DNA of 64,000 nt, from positions 3,268-67,267 of the forward strand of contig JACNKN010000055.1 of NCBI GenBank assembly GCA_014382015.1, read 5' to 3'. A model generated the notes under the pieces. The model made no database searches and was not told where the DNA came from. It worked only from the letters and a program-made list of their open reading frames with translations. Position 1 is the first letter of the stretch. Each line of letters begins with the position of its first letter. Source of the DNA: Fidelibacterota bacterium. Its GTDB lineage: Bacteria > Fidelibacterota > Marinisomatia > Marinisomatales > TCS55. The position numbers were made by a program, and so were the translations under genes. Of the stretch, positions 49,505 through 57,821 are shown piece by piece.

Positions 49505-50935
49505 ATGATTCATTTAGTCACCATTCTCTTATATTTGTTCACATTAATCGGTATTGGAATGTACAAAGCCGGTAAAATTAAGACCCAATCTGATTTTGCT
49601 GTGGCAGGTCGATCCTTAACACCGTGGGTCCTGGTGGGTACTATGTTAGCCACATGGATGGGTACAGGATCTATTCTGGGTAATGCGGGAAAAACATACG
49701 ATACAGGTATGGCCGCTCTCATTCTTCCTCTGGGCAGTATTTTAGGTATTGTCTTGCTTACTAAAATTGCGGGAAAAGTAAGAGCTTTTGAAAAATTTAC
49801 TGTCCCGGAAATATTAGGAGATCGGTTCGGACCGGGCGCAAGGCTGCTTTCTGTTTTAGCCTTGGTTATGGCATATATGGTAATCGTCAGTTACCAATTC
49901 AATGCAGGCGGCGCTGTACTCAATACGATTTTAACCGATAATAGTGGACATTCTCTGATCAGTGTGGAAATGGGTACGATTATAGCTGCCATTTTTATCA
50001 TCGCTTATACAATGTTAGCCGGATTGGTCAGTGTGGCTTACACGGATGTTGCCAACGGCATTATTATTTTAGTTTCGTTTTTTATTGCGATTCCAATATT
50101 TATGATAAAGGCCGGTGGTTTTTCAGGAATGGCAGTGTCATTCGAAGCCATGGGTAAACCGGAGCATATGAACTTTTTTGGTGTGTATTCTACCATGGAT
50201 ATCATCAATTTTTGTCTGCCGCCTTTTCTGCTCATCATGGGCGATGCAAATATGTATCAACGGTTTTTCGCCAGTAAAAGTGCCGAAGGAGCCAAGTCCG
50301 CAACAAAAGTATTAATTTTTGCAGTCCTTCTTGCGGAATTGATGATTATTTTTTCCGCATGGGTAGCCTCCAGTATGATTCCTGATGCGGAAGTGGGAAA
50401 GTATGTTTTGATTTATGCGGCTCATAAACTATTGCCCACATTCCTGGGTGCCATTATGATGACAACGATTGTGGGTATTATTATATCCACTGCTGATAGT
50501 TTTCTCCTTGTGCCTGCCACAACCCTCATGCGGGATGTTTATTTGAATTATATTAATCCAAAGGCAAATGAAAAAAAGATTGTATTCTTAAGTCGTATGC
50601 TTGTCCTTGGGCTAGGCATTATCGCCTATATCGTATCATTGGGATTTGCAAAGTCTGCTGGATTTTTTGAGCGTGCACTCTATGCCTATACTATTTACGG
50701 CGCAGCCATTACACCTAGTTTGGTGGCAGCATTATTCTGGAAGGGAGCCACAAAAGCAGGGGCTGTGGCATCCATCATAACGGGGACGGTCACAACTTTA
50801 TTATGGAAAGAGGCGACTTTTATTCAGAAAATTATTCCTGCGAATATTTATAATAATATGGATGAAGTGTTGCCAGCCATAACTCTTTCAGTGGTATCAC
50901 TGGTTGTGGTGAGTTTGGCGACGAAAAAGAAATAG
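49505..50935 (+). CDS. sodium:solute symporter family (SSF) transporter
   Basis: About 13 TM. FAVAGRSLTPWVLVGTMLATWMGTGSILG is typical of the SSF N-terminus. Substrate not assignable. Confidence 0.8.
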   Translation: MIHLVTILLYLFTLIGIGMYKAGKIKTQSDFAVAGRSLTPWVLVGTMLATWMGTGSILGNAGKTYDTGMAALILPLGSILGIVLLTKIAGKVRAFEKFTVPEILGDRFGPGARLLSVLALVMAYMVIVSYQFNAGGAVLNTILTDNSGHSLISVEMGTIIAAIFIIAYTMLAGLVSVAYTDVANGIIILVSFFIAIPIFMIKAGGFSGMAVSFEAMGKPEHMNFFGVYSTMDIINFCLPPFLLIMGDANMYQRFFASKSAEGAKSATKVLIFAVLLAELMIIFSAWVASSMIPDAEVGKYVLIYAAHKLLPTFLGAIMMTTIVGIIISTADSFLLVPATTLMRDVYLNYINPKANEKKIVFLSRMLVLGLGIIAYIVSLGFAKSAGFFERALYAYTIYGAAITPSLVAALFWKGATKAGAVASIITGTVTTLLWKEATFIQKIIPANIYNNMDEVLPAITLSVVSLVVVSLATKKK

Positions 50936-51078
50936 TTTTAATCGGTTCCGTTTAACGGTGGCGAAGCCCGTATCGGTATTCGTGCTTCGTAATACGGTAG
51001 CCGTAACCAAACTCCGAATGCCGTAACCCATACGGGCGTCCTCACCGAAAACCGTTACCCATATATTTCATCCATTTT

Positions 51079-52236
51079 TTAAATTGGTACTTTTTGTTCT
51101 TTCGGGTTTAGTTCTTTTAAGAATTCTTCGCATGGAATGCATGGAATTCCATGTATCATTAAGCGTTCTTTTCCCATATAAAGTAAAGAAACCGATGCTT
51201 CGGGATAGTCATCCTTGAATGTACGAAGTGCGCGAAGGTCTTTTTTGTACACAGTGGCGGAACGCTTAACCTCAATCGCAAAAAATACGTCCTTACCATA
51301 CACTACAAAATCAACCTCACTGCCGGATTTTGTACGCCAATAATAAAGTTTGACATCACTGGGATGATAGTCAATCCACGCACGTAAATGTTGCGCAACA
51401 AGACCCTCAAGTGCTGCGCCTTCTATTTCTTCCAGTCTGTCTAAGGGACCCGCCGGACGCAATGAACGAAAAACGCCTGTATCAAAATAGTAAAACTTAT
51501 CATGAGCCACGAGATGTCGCTTAGCCCGACAGGTAAAAACCGGAATATGAAACGCTAATAATAGGTCATAAACTATATTTAGATATCCTTCAACTGTTTT
51601 TCGACCTACGTGACACTCTCGCGCCACTTGGGAAAGATTCAACAGAGATCCATGAGAAAAGCTAATCGCTTCCATAAAACGGGCGAATGCACCCACATTG
51701 CGTACGAGTGCTTCTGCCTGTACTTCTTCATGGAGGTATAATGATGCATAGGCACGTTTTGTTTGCTCCGGATTGTCTGAATTCCAAATCAGAGGTACCA
51801 ACCCCATTTCCAACGATTTCTGAAGATCAAATGACTCTCCTAACTCTATGGCCATAAAAGGATGCATATTTGCAATCCCTAACCGGCCAGCCAGTAAATT
51901 CCAACTTCCCCGACGTAACTTACGTACACTTGAACCGGTCAATACGAATCGGAGGTTTTTATCGGACTCTACCAATTCGTGCACCACATCCAGTAGTGCC
52001 GGGACCTTTTGTATTTCATCGATGACCACATCCTTCAATTGAGGTTGGCCGGCAATTAATTCTTTTAGTCGCTCCGGGCGAGCTTGATACATTCGTTGTG
52101 ATTCAGGGTCTAAGAGATCAAGCCAAACTGCATGGGACCGGTGGTTGCGCAGCCAAGTAGATTTACCCGTGCCGCGGGGGCCGAAAAGAAAAAAGCTCCC
52201 CGTTGGATTCCGAAATAATCGACTTAATAATTCCAT
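51079..52236 (-). CDS. AAA-ATPase (AAA_14-type) fused to a DUF4143 / PD-(D/E)XK-like C-terminal domain
   Basis: Walker A FGPRGTGKST. Walker B VVIDEIQ. The C-terminal SEVDFVV...AIEVKRS fits a D...E-x-K nuclease-like motif. Visibly GC-richer than its neighbours. Confidence 0.8.
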   Translation of the reverse strand: MELLSRLFRNPTGSFFLFGPRGTGKSTWLRNHRSHAVWLDLLDPESQRMYQARPERLKELIAGQPQLKDVVIDEIQKVPALLDVVHELVESDKNLRFVLTGSSVRKLRRGSWNLLAGRLGIANMHPFMAIELGESFDLQKSLEMGLVPLIWNSDNPEQTKRAYASLYLHEEVQAEALVRNVGAFARFMEAISFSHGSLLNLSQVARECHVGRKTVEGYLNIVYDLLLAFHIPVFTCRAKRHLVAHDKFYYFDTGVFRSLRPAGPLDRLEEIEGAALEGLVAQHLRAWIDYHPSDVKLYYWRTKSGSEVDFVVYGKDVFFAIEVKRSATVYKKDLRALRTFKDDYPEASVSLLYMGKERLMIHGIPCIPCEEFLKELNPKEQKVPI

Positions 52237-52312
52237 ATATGCTTCCTAAATTGAATTAACAGGTGAAAATATACGGTATTTATTGATTTTAACAAACATT
52301 TGATCTGTAGAG

Positions 52313-52377
52313 TCTATGCGATCTACAATCCGAATATCACCCGTAAATCGTGAAGAAATACCATTGGCCACATGATC
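52313..52377 (-). pseudogene. orphan 65-bp copy of an internal segment of the GNAT gene at 53159..53776
   Basis: 63 of 65 nt are identical to 53265-53329 (differences at 52354 and 52376). On the minus strand it encodes DHVANGISSRFTGDIRIVDRID, versus GHVANGISARFTGDIRIVDRID in the intact gene. Confidence 0.85.
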
Positions 52378-52463
52378 GGACGGCAATATTCATTCGGGCA
52401 TTCCCAATCCTACCAATATATTTTATTTATTTATCAACTCGATTTTAAAAACACTTGAGAAAT

Positions 52464-52481
52464 GTTATCTTATATGATAAC
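52464..52481. promoter_or_regulatory. palindrome upstream of the HigB-like gene (possible operator)
   Basis: gttatc-ttatat-gataac ends 9 nt before the ATG at 52490. Type II TA operons are usually autoregulated at such palindromes. Confidence 0.35.
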
Positions 52482-52489
52482 TTCGCAGT

Positions 52490-52837
52490 ATGATTAGAAG
52501 GATTATTTTCTATGAAAATCATTTTATAAATTTCTATGACAAGCAAAATGGAAAAGTAAAAGAAAAAATAAAATATGTACTTGAATTAATAAAACAGGTG
52601 GAAAGAGTTCCCAAAAAGTTTTTAACCCATTTGGCAGGAACAAATGGATTTTACGAAGTCAGGATAGAATATCAGTCAAATATTTACAGAATATTTTGCT
52701 GTTTTGATAAAGGGAATTTGGTCATCTTGTTTAATGGATTTCAGAAAAAAACACAAAAAACACCCAAAAAGGAAATTGAAAAAGGATTGAGACTCATGAA
52801 AAAATATTTTACACAAAAGGATAAAAATCATGAATAA
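52490..52837 (+). CDS. type II toxin, HigB/Gp49-like (RelE superfamily)
   Basis: FYEVRIEYQSNIYRIFCCFDKGNLVILFNGFQKKTQKTPKKEIEKG matches the Gp49/DUF891 pattern. The toxin-first order and the 8-nt overlap with the HTH gene fit a higBA layout. Confidence 0.65.
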   Translation: MIRRIIFYENHFINFYDKQNGKVKEKIKYVLELIKQVERVPKKFLTHLAGTNGFYEVRIEYQSNIYRIFCCFDKGNLVILFNGFQKKTQKTPKKEIEKGLRLMKKYFTQKDKNHE

Positions 52838-53129
52838 TAAAAATACAATTACGACATTTGAAGAATTAATTGAAGTTGAGCACGGTAAAGTCGGGAGTAA
52901 AAGCAGAAATAAGTATGATGCGAAAGTTCAGTTGTTCATTGTAAGCGAAATGCTAAAAGAGGCTCGAAAAGATGCAAAATTAACCCAAGAACAACTTGCT
53001 GATAAAACGGGAACGAAAAAAAGTTATATATCAAAGTTGGAAAACGGAAAAGGGAATATTCAACTCTCAACTTTAATTAGGATTTTTGAGCAGGGATTCA
53101 ACCGAAGAATTGGATTAACATTTTTGTAA
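52830..53129 (+). CDS. XRE-family HTH antitoxin, HigA-like
   Basis: LTQEQLADKTGTKKSYISKLENGKGNIQLSTLIRI is an HTH_3-type helix-turn-helix. Confidence 0.75.
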   Translation: MNNKNTITTFEELIEVEHGKVGSKSRNKYDAKVQLFIVSEMLKEARKDAKLTQEQLADKTGTKKSYISKLENGKGNIQLSTLIRIFEQGFNRRIGLTFL

Positions 53130-53158
53130 GAATAATCTTTGGATAACACCAATAAAGA

Positions 53159-53776
53159 TTAAGTTCGCGTAATTAAAGGGGGATTATTTTTCAGAGGGGA
53201 AGCTTGGCTTGGTTCTATTTCTCGTCGATAGTATTCAAATGTTTTGCCGGTTCCTTGCCAGTTATCTATGCGATCTACAATCCGAATATCACCCGTAAAT
53301 CGTGCAGAAATACCATTGGCCACATGACCAGTGATAAAATCAATTCCATCTTTTTTCTTTGCCCAACTTAGAAATACCCGTTTCAACATTTTCGCGTAAC
53401 CGTTTCCTTTATACTCGGATTGAATTACAAAAGCATATGTATAAAGTGTATTTCCCTTCCCGAAATTTTCATCCAACCTTGCCCAGGGTTCGTTACTAAG
53501 TGTTTCTAAAGGGACACCAATAATATAGCCAATAATTTCATTTCTGTATCTGGCAATGAATGGTAGAGAACCAGATTTATTGAAATATTTGTGAATCGTC
53601 GCTTCAGTAAGAATAGCTTTGTCTCCATAATCCTTTGCTAATGATTTGGAAATTTCAATGAGTTGAGGGAAGTCATCTTTCCCAGTATGTTTTATTAATT
53701 CAATTTGGAAAACACCACTGGAAGCGATGATTTTGGAATTTGAATTGGGTAAGTTTGAAATAGAAAGTTGATCCAT
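53159..53776 (-). CDS. GNAT-family N-acetyltransferase
   Basis: IIGYIIGVPL and VIQSEYKGNGYAKMLKRVF (acetyl-CoA-binding Q/R-x-x-G-x-G/A motif). Confidence 0.6.
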   Translation of the reverse strand: MDQLSISNLPNSNSKIIASSGVFQIELIKHTGKDDFPQLIEISKSLAKDYGDKAILTEATIHKYFNKSGSLPFIARYRNEIIGYIIGVPLETLSNEPWARLDENFGKGNTLYTYAFVIQSEYKGNGYAKMLKRVFLSWAKKKDGIDFITGHVANGISARFTGDIRIVDRIDNWQGTGKTFEYYRREIEPSQASPLKNNPPLITRT

Positions 53777-53967
53777 AGCGTGTGAATTTAATCGATGAAA
53801 TCGATTTTATACCCTGGAAATTTAGCCACGAAGAATTCCGAGTTTCATGCCCGCCCGCCATCCATTATTATAAAAAAATATGGAGGAAGGTAAAACCATG
53901 GTTGATTCATGAAAAATTGAAGCAGGTTATTGAACGCCTAACGGAGTTCTCCACTCATTTATTATAA

Positions 53968-54096
53968 GTTCTATAAATATTAAACCCCAATAGGGTTTCC
54001 CGATTATGGTGGTTAGACTCCATTAGGAGTCACATATTTATAGAACTAAAATCGAAAATGTATCAACTCCATTAGGAGTTGAATATTATTTCGAAA
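53968..54096. repeat. nested perfect inverted repeats and hairpins in a non-coding gap
   Basis: A 13-bp perfect IR, gttctataaatat (53968-53980) / atatttatagaac (54034-54046), encloses two hairpins: aaaccc-caata-gggttt (53982-53998) and gactcc-atta-ggagtc (54016-54031). A third hairpin, caactcc-atta-ggagttg (54064-54081), repeats the actccattaggagt core. Confidence 0.8.
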
Positions 54097-54374
54097 TCTA
54101 ACAGAATTGAATTGTTTTACACAAACATGGCAACGATTTGAATGACAATTAATCAGGCGTTTTAATCTTTGATAATATTTGATAACAATCAAATTGCATT
54201 TAGAATAATATTTTTTTTCCACTCTTTTTTCAGAAGATCCTTTCTCATTAATCCATTCATCCATCGCTTCACTAATCCATTAGTATATAAGCGTCTTAGT
54301 GGCGAAAATTTCAGGTAAATAAATCATACAATCCTTTTTCAGGTTCAGGTCAACCCAAAGTAAATTCTTGGCTA

Positions 54375-55181
54375 ATGAAATCATTTAATTCGCGACTTTC
54401 AGACGTAATAAGTGAAAAAGTAAGCCATCTCTGCGTGGGGCTGGATATGAGTCCAGAAGGGTTAGGCTCGACAGATTCGTCCTTAGATACATTAAAGGCA
54501 CATGCTTATAAGGTCATTGATGCAACTCAAGATTTAGCTGCGGCATTTAAGCCAAATTTAGCCTTTTTTGAAAGATGGGGGAGCGCTGGTTTTAAATGGT
54601 TAGAAGAGACCATGGATTATTTTGGTGATGATGCAATCATTATTGGAGATGCGAAAAGAGGGGATATCGGAAATACGGCGAAACAATATGCTCATAGTTT
54701 ATTTACTCATTTTGGATTTGATGCGGTAACGTTGAATCCTTTTTTGGGAAAGGATTCTATCGCGCCTTTTACGAAAGATTCTGAAAAGGGCGTCTTTATT
54801 CTGTGCCGAACATCCAATCCTTCAGCCACCGATTTTCAAAATCAACCGATTGGGAATGAATTGTTGTTCGATAAAGTTGCGCAAATGGCCGTCCAGTGGA
54901 ATCGCAATGACAATGTGGGATTAGTCGTTGGCGCCACGGCACCAGAAGAGATTAGACGCATTCGACAGCAGGCACCTGGGCTTCCATTTTTAATTCCCGG
55001 TATTGGTGCACAGGGTGGTGACTTGGAACAAAGTATGAAAGATGGAAATGTTGACGGTATCGCATTGATTAACGTTTCAAGAGGAATTAGTTTTGCTGGT
55101 GATTTGAGTGAAAAAGCTATTCGAAATGCGGCGCAAGATTATGTAAACCAAATGAGAGAAATAACGATTGATGAGAGCTGA
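54375..55181 (+). CDS. pyrF: orotidine 5'-phosphate decarboxylase (long, type 2)
   Basis: CVGLDM, IIGDAKRGDIGNTAKQYA, IPGIGAQGGD. Confidence 0.85.
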   Translation: MKSFNSRLSDVISEKVSHLCVGLDMSPEGLGSTDSSLDTLKAHAYKVIDATQDLAAAFKPNLAFFERWGSAGFKWLEETMDYFGDDAIIIGDAKRGDIGNTAKQYAHSLFTHFGFDAVTLNPFLGKDSIAPFTKDSEKGVFILCRTSNPSATDFQNQPIGNELLFDKVAQMAVQWNRNDNVGLVVGATAPEEIRRIRQQAPGLPFLIPGIGAQGGDLEQSMKDGNVDGIALINVSRGISFAGDLSEKAIRNAAQDYVNQMREITIDES

Positions 55182-55240
55182 TTCTTGAAATTTGATTTTT
55201 GATAGATGAATTTGAACCACTAAAAAGTAAGCAAATAAAA

Positions 55241-55618
55241 ATGAATGAATCTAAAAAACTCGAGGATAGACTGATTGATTTTGCTGTAGATGTTATGAAT
55301 ATGGCTGAAACATTACCTAATTTAAGATCTGGAAATTATATTGGGGGTCAAATAATTCGATCGGGGACTGCACCAGCATTACTTTATGGCGAAGTTAGAG
55401 GTGCAGAATCAAAAAAAGATTTTATTCATAAAATGAAAATTGCACTGAAGGAATTACGGGAAACTTTGATTTCACTTAAAATCATAATAAAAAAACAATT
55501 TCCAATCAATCTGGATAATTGTGAAACGCTAAAATCTGAATGTAATGAATTGGTTTCTATTTTTGTTTCAAGCACAAAAACAGCTGATAAAAATTTGAAG
55601 ATTGGTAAAAATAAATAA
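55241..55618 (+). CDS. four-helix-bundle protein (23S rRNA intervening-sequence protein / Avd-like family)
   Basis: [63 protein letters not shown] match the family pattern. ATG at 55241 (ORF-track TTG at 55199). Confidence 0.7.
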   Translation: MNESKKLEDRLIDFAVDVMNMAETLPNLRSGNYIGGQIIRSGTAPALLYGEVRGAESKKDFIHKMKIALKELRETLISLKIIIKKQFPINLDNCETLKSECNELVSIFVSSTKTADKNLKIGKNK

Positions 55619-55665
55619 ATCAAATATCAAATAACACATTTCACAAATCAAAAATCACACCAATC

Positions 55666-56235
55666 ATGTCAAATTATTTAGATATATTTAGGAAAACCGG
55701 CGCTTTACTCGAGGGCCATTTCGTTCTCACCTCCGGACGCCACAGTCCATCTTATTTCCAATGTGCAAAGATGTTGCAGCACCCACAGTATTTATCCATG
55801 TTCTCTCAAAAAATATCGGATCATTTTGAAAGTTTAGACATTGATATAGTAATCTCTCCAGCAGTTGGTGGCATTGTCATTGGTACAGATGTAGGTAGAG
55901 CCATGGAGAAACGGACCATTTTTGCGGAAAGGGAAAAGGGAAAGATGACTCTTCGTCGCGGATTTCATATTGAGTCCGGTGAAAAAGTGTTAGTTGTGGA
56001 AGATGTCATCACCACAGGTGGATCCGTCAAAGAAGTGATGAATCTTGTGGAAGAATTTGATGGTATTGTTGTGGGTGTGGGGGTAATAGTTGACCGCAGC
56101 AATGGAACTATCGTTTTACACAATAACCAATATTCGATAGTGCCTTTAGAAGTTTTAAGTTATGAAGAAAATGAAATACCGGCGGAATTGGCAGCAATTC
56201 CGACGACAAAACCAGGAAGTAGGAGTTTGAAATAG
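55666..56235 (+). CDS. pyrE: orotate phosphoribosyltransferase
   Basis: [15 protein letters not shown] loop [13 protein letters not shown]. Confidence 0.9.
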   Translation: MSNYLDIFRKTGALLEGHFVLTSGRHSPSYFQCAKMLQHPQYLSMFSQKISDHFESLDIDIVISPAVGGIVIGTDVGRAMEKRTIFAEREKGKMTLRRGFHIESGEKVLVVEDVITTGGSVKEVMNLVEEFDGIVVGVGVIVDRSNGTIVLHNNQYSIVPLEVLSYEENEIPAELAAIPTTKPGSRSLK

Positions 56236-56864
56236 TGAAAAAAATAATCAGTTTAATTAGCATTGGAGTACTATTCATGAGTTGTGCAAAAGATAATGAT
56301 GTAGCAGTAATATCCACACAGTTTGGTGATATGGTTGTAGAACTATATTCAGAGATTGCTCCCTATCATGTTGAAAATTTTCAAGTATTAGCCAAAGAAG
56401 GATATTTCGATGGAACCACATTTCATCGAGTTATTCCTGGTTTTATGATTCAGGGGGGTGATCCGAATTCTAAAGATAATGATCGAATGAATGATGGAAC
56501 GGGGGGCCGAGCAGGTAAATATTTTGGAATTGGGCGAGAAGATGATCCGGATTCATGGTTAGTGCCTGCTGAATTCAATGATTCTCTCCATGTGAGGGGT
56601 ACGTTATCCATGGCAAGGACTCGAAATCCAAATAGTGCGTCCAGTCAGTTTTTTATCTGTCATGCGGCCCAACCTGCATTGGATCACCAATATACTGTTT
56701 TTGGCAAAGTCATTTCAGGATTGGAAGTTATTGACCATATCGCAAGCGTCAATACACCAAAACGAGAAAACCGCATGTATCAAGGTCCCGACGGTGATAA
56801 TCCATTCGAAAAAGTGGAGATGTCTGTGAAGATTATGAAACAAAGCGAGGCGTTGAAAGACTAA
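56235..56864 (+). CDS. cyclophilin-type peptidyl-prolyl isomerase, lipoprotein
   Basis: GTG start. Lipobox FMSC. FHRVIPGFMIQGGDP, GTLSMAR, SQFFI. Confidence 0.9.
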   Translation: MKKIISLISIGVLFMSCAKDNDVAVISTQFGDMVVELYSEIAPYHVENFQVLAKEGYFDGTTFHRVIPGFMIQGGDPNSKDNDRMNDGTGGRAGKYFGIGREDDPDSWLVPAEFNDSLHVRGTLSMARTRNPNSASSQFFICHAAQPALDHQYTVFGKVISGLEVIDHIASVNTPKRENRMYQGPDGDNPFEKVEMSVKIMKQSEALKD

Positions 56865-57779
56865 ATGCGAAGGCCAATAATTGGTCTTGCTTTGGGGGGA
56901 GGAGGCGCAAGAGGTGCAGCGCATATAGGCGTTCTCAATATCCTTAAAAAATATAATATTCCCATTCACCACATTGCGGGGACAAGCGCCGGTAGTGTGG
57001 TGGGAGCAATGTATGCAGCCACCCTTGATCCGGATTGGGTAGAAAATAGGTTTAGGGAATTTATAAAGAGTGATCCGTTTCATGCTTTGGGAACCGATCG
57101 TCTAAGAAGTAAACCAGAAGCATCAAGTTCAGCTTTTAATCAAATTGCAAAAAAGTTTAAGAATCAAATGGTTCTGGCCATGTCTTTGCATCGAAATTCT
57201 ATTATAAAGAAAAAACGTTTGAAAGATGCATTCGATTTTTTAATTCCTGTTAAAACATTTGATGAATTACAAATTCCTTTAAAAATCATTGCTACAGATC
57301 TAAATACATGTCAGCCGGTGGTTTACGATTCTGGTGATTTGGTCGAAGCGGCAACCCGAAGTGGCACCATCCCAGGCTATGTTGAACCCACTGAAATTGA
57401 TGGTCAGCTTCTTGTAGATGGAGGTGCAAGTATGCCCTTACCCACAACGATTATCAGAAATGATGCAGATATATTAATAGGGATTGACATACGCCGTCGT
57501 GGGGTGAAACCTTTGGCTGAAGCAAACATATACGAAATTATGATGCGTTCAGATATGACCACTTACCAAAACTTGATCAGACTTTATGCCGAAGAAGCAG
57601 ATATTATTATCAGCCCGGATGTGAAAAATTATCAATGGTCAGAATTTGATCGATTTGATTATTTTTTTGACGAAGGTATCCAATCTTGTGAAAATGCAAT
57701 TTTGACAATTCAACGACAAATTAATCAAAAAAGTGGACTTAGTTTTCGCCTCAAACAATGGTTTGGTCACCAGAGTTAA
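56865..57779 (+). CDS. patatin-like phospholipase (RssA-like)
   Basis: GLALGGGGARGAAHIGVL (oxyanion hole), GTSAGS (G-x-S-x-G) and DGG (catalytic Asp). Confidence 0.85.
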   Translation: MRRPIIGLALGGGGARGAAHIGVLNILKKYNIPIHHIAGTSAGSVVGAMYAATLDPDWVENRFREFIKSDPFHALGTDRLRSKPEASSSAFNQIAKKFKNQMVLAMSLHRNSIIKKKRLKDAFDFLIPVKTFDELQIPLKIIATDLNTCQPVVYDSGDLVEAATRSGTIPGYVEPTEIDGQLLVDGGASMPLPTTIIRNDADILIGIDIRRRGVKPLAEANIYEIMMRSDMTTYQNLIRLYAEEADIIISPDVKNYQWSEFDRFDYFFDEGIQSCENAILTIQRQINQKSGLSFRLKQWFGHQS

Positions 57780-57821
57780 TACACTTATTTTCGACCCGAT
57801 TTGTGAGAGCAAAATAGACAA

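Noticed and set aside
54016-54081. The repeated hairpins upstream of pyrF could be a PyrR-binding attenuator.
   Set aside because: The loop and stem sequence (actcc-atta-ggagt) does not match the conserved PyrR binding-loop consensus. The hairpins lie about 300 nt from the pyrF start with no adjacent terminator/antiterminator alternative.
53782-54264. The ORFs 53782..53967 (+) and 54046..54264 (-) could be genes.
   Set aside because: They are short, with no recognisable motifs and low-complexity, Lys/Arg/Asn-rich composition typical of AT-rich non-coding DNA. They also overlap the hairpin structures.
56865-57779. The patatin-like phospholipase could be a CBASS (CapV-type) effector.
   Set aside because: No CD-NTase or other CBASS gene is adjacent. 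The neighbours are a cyclophilin and dsbD, and the sequence looks like the common RssA/YchK-type housekeeping patatin.
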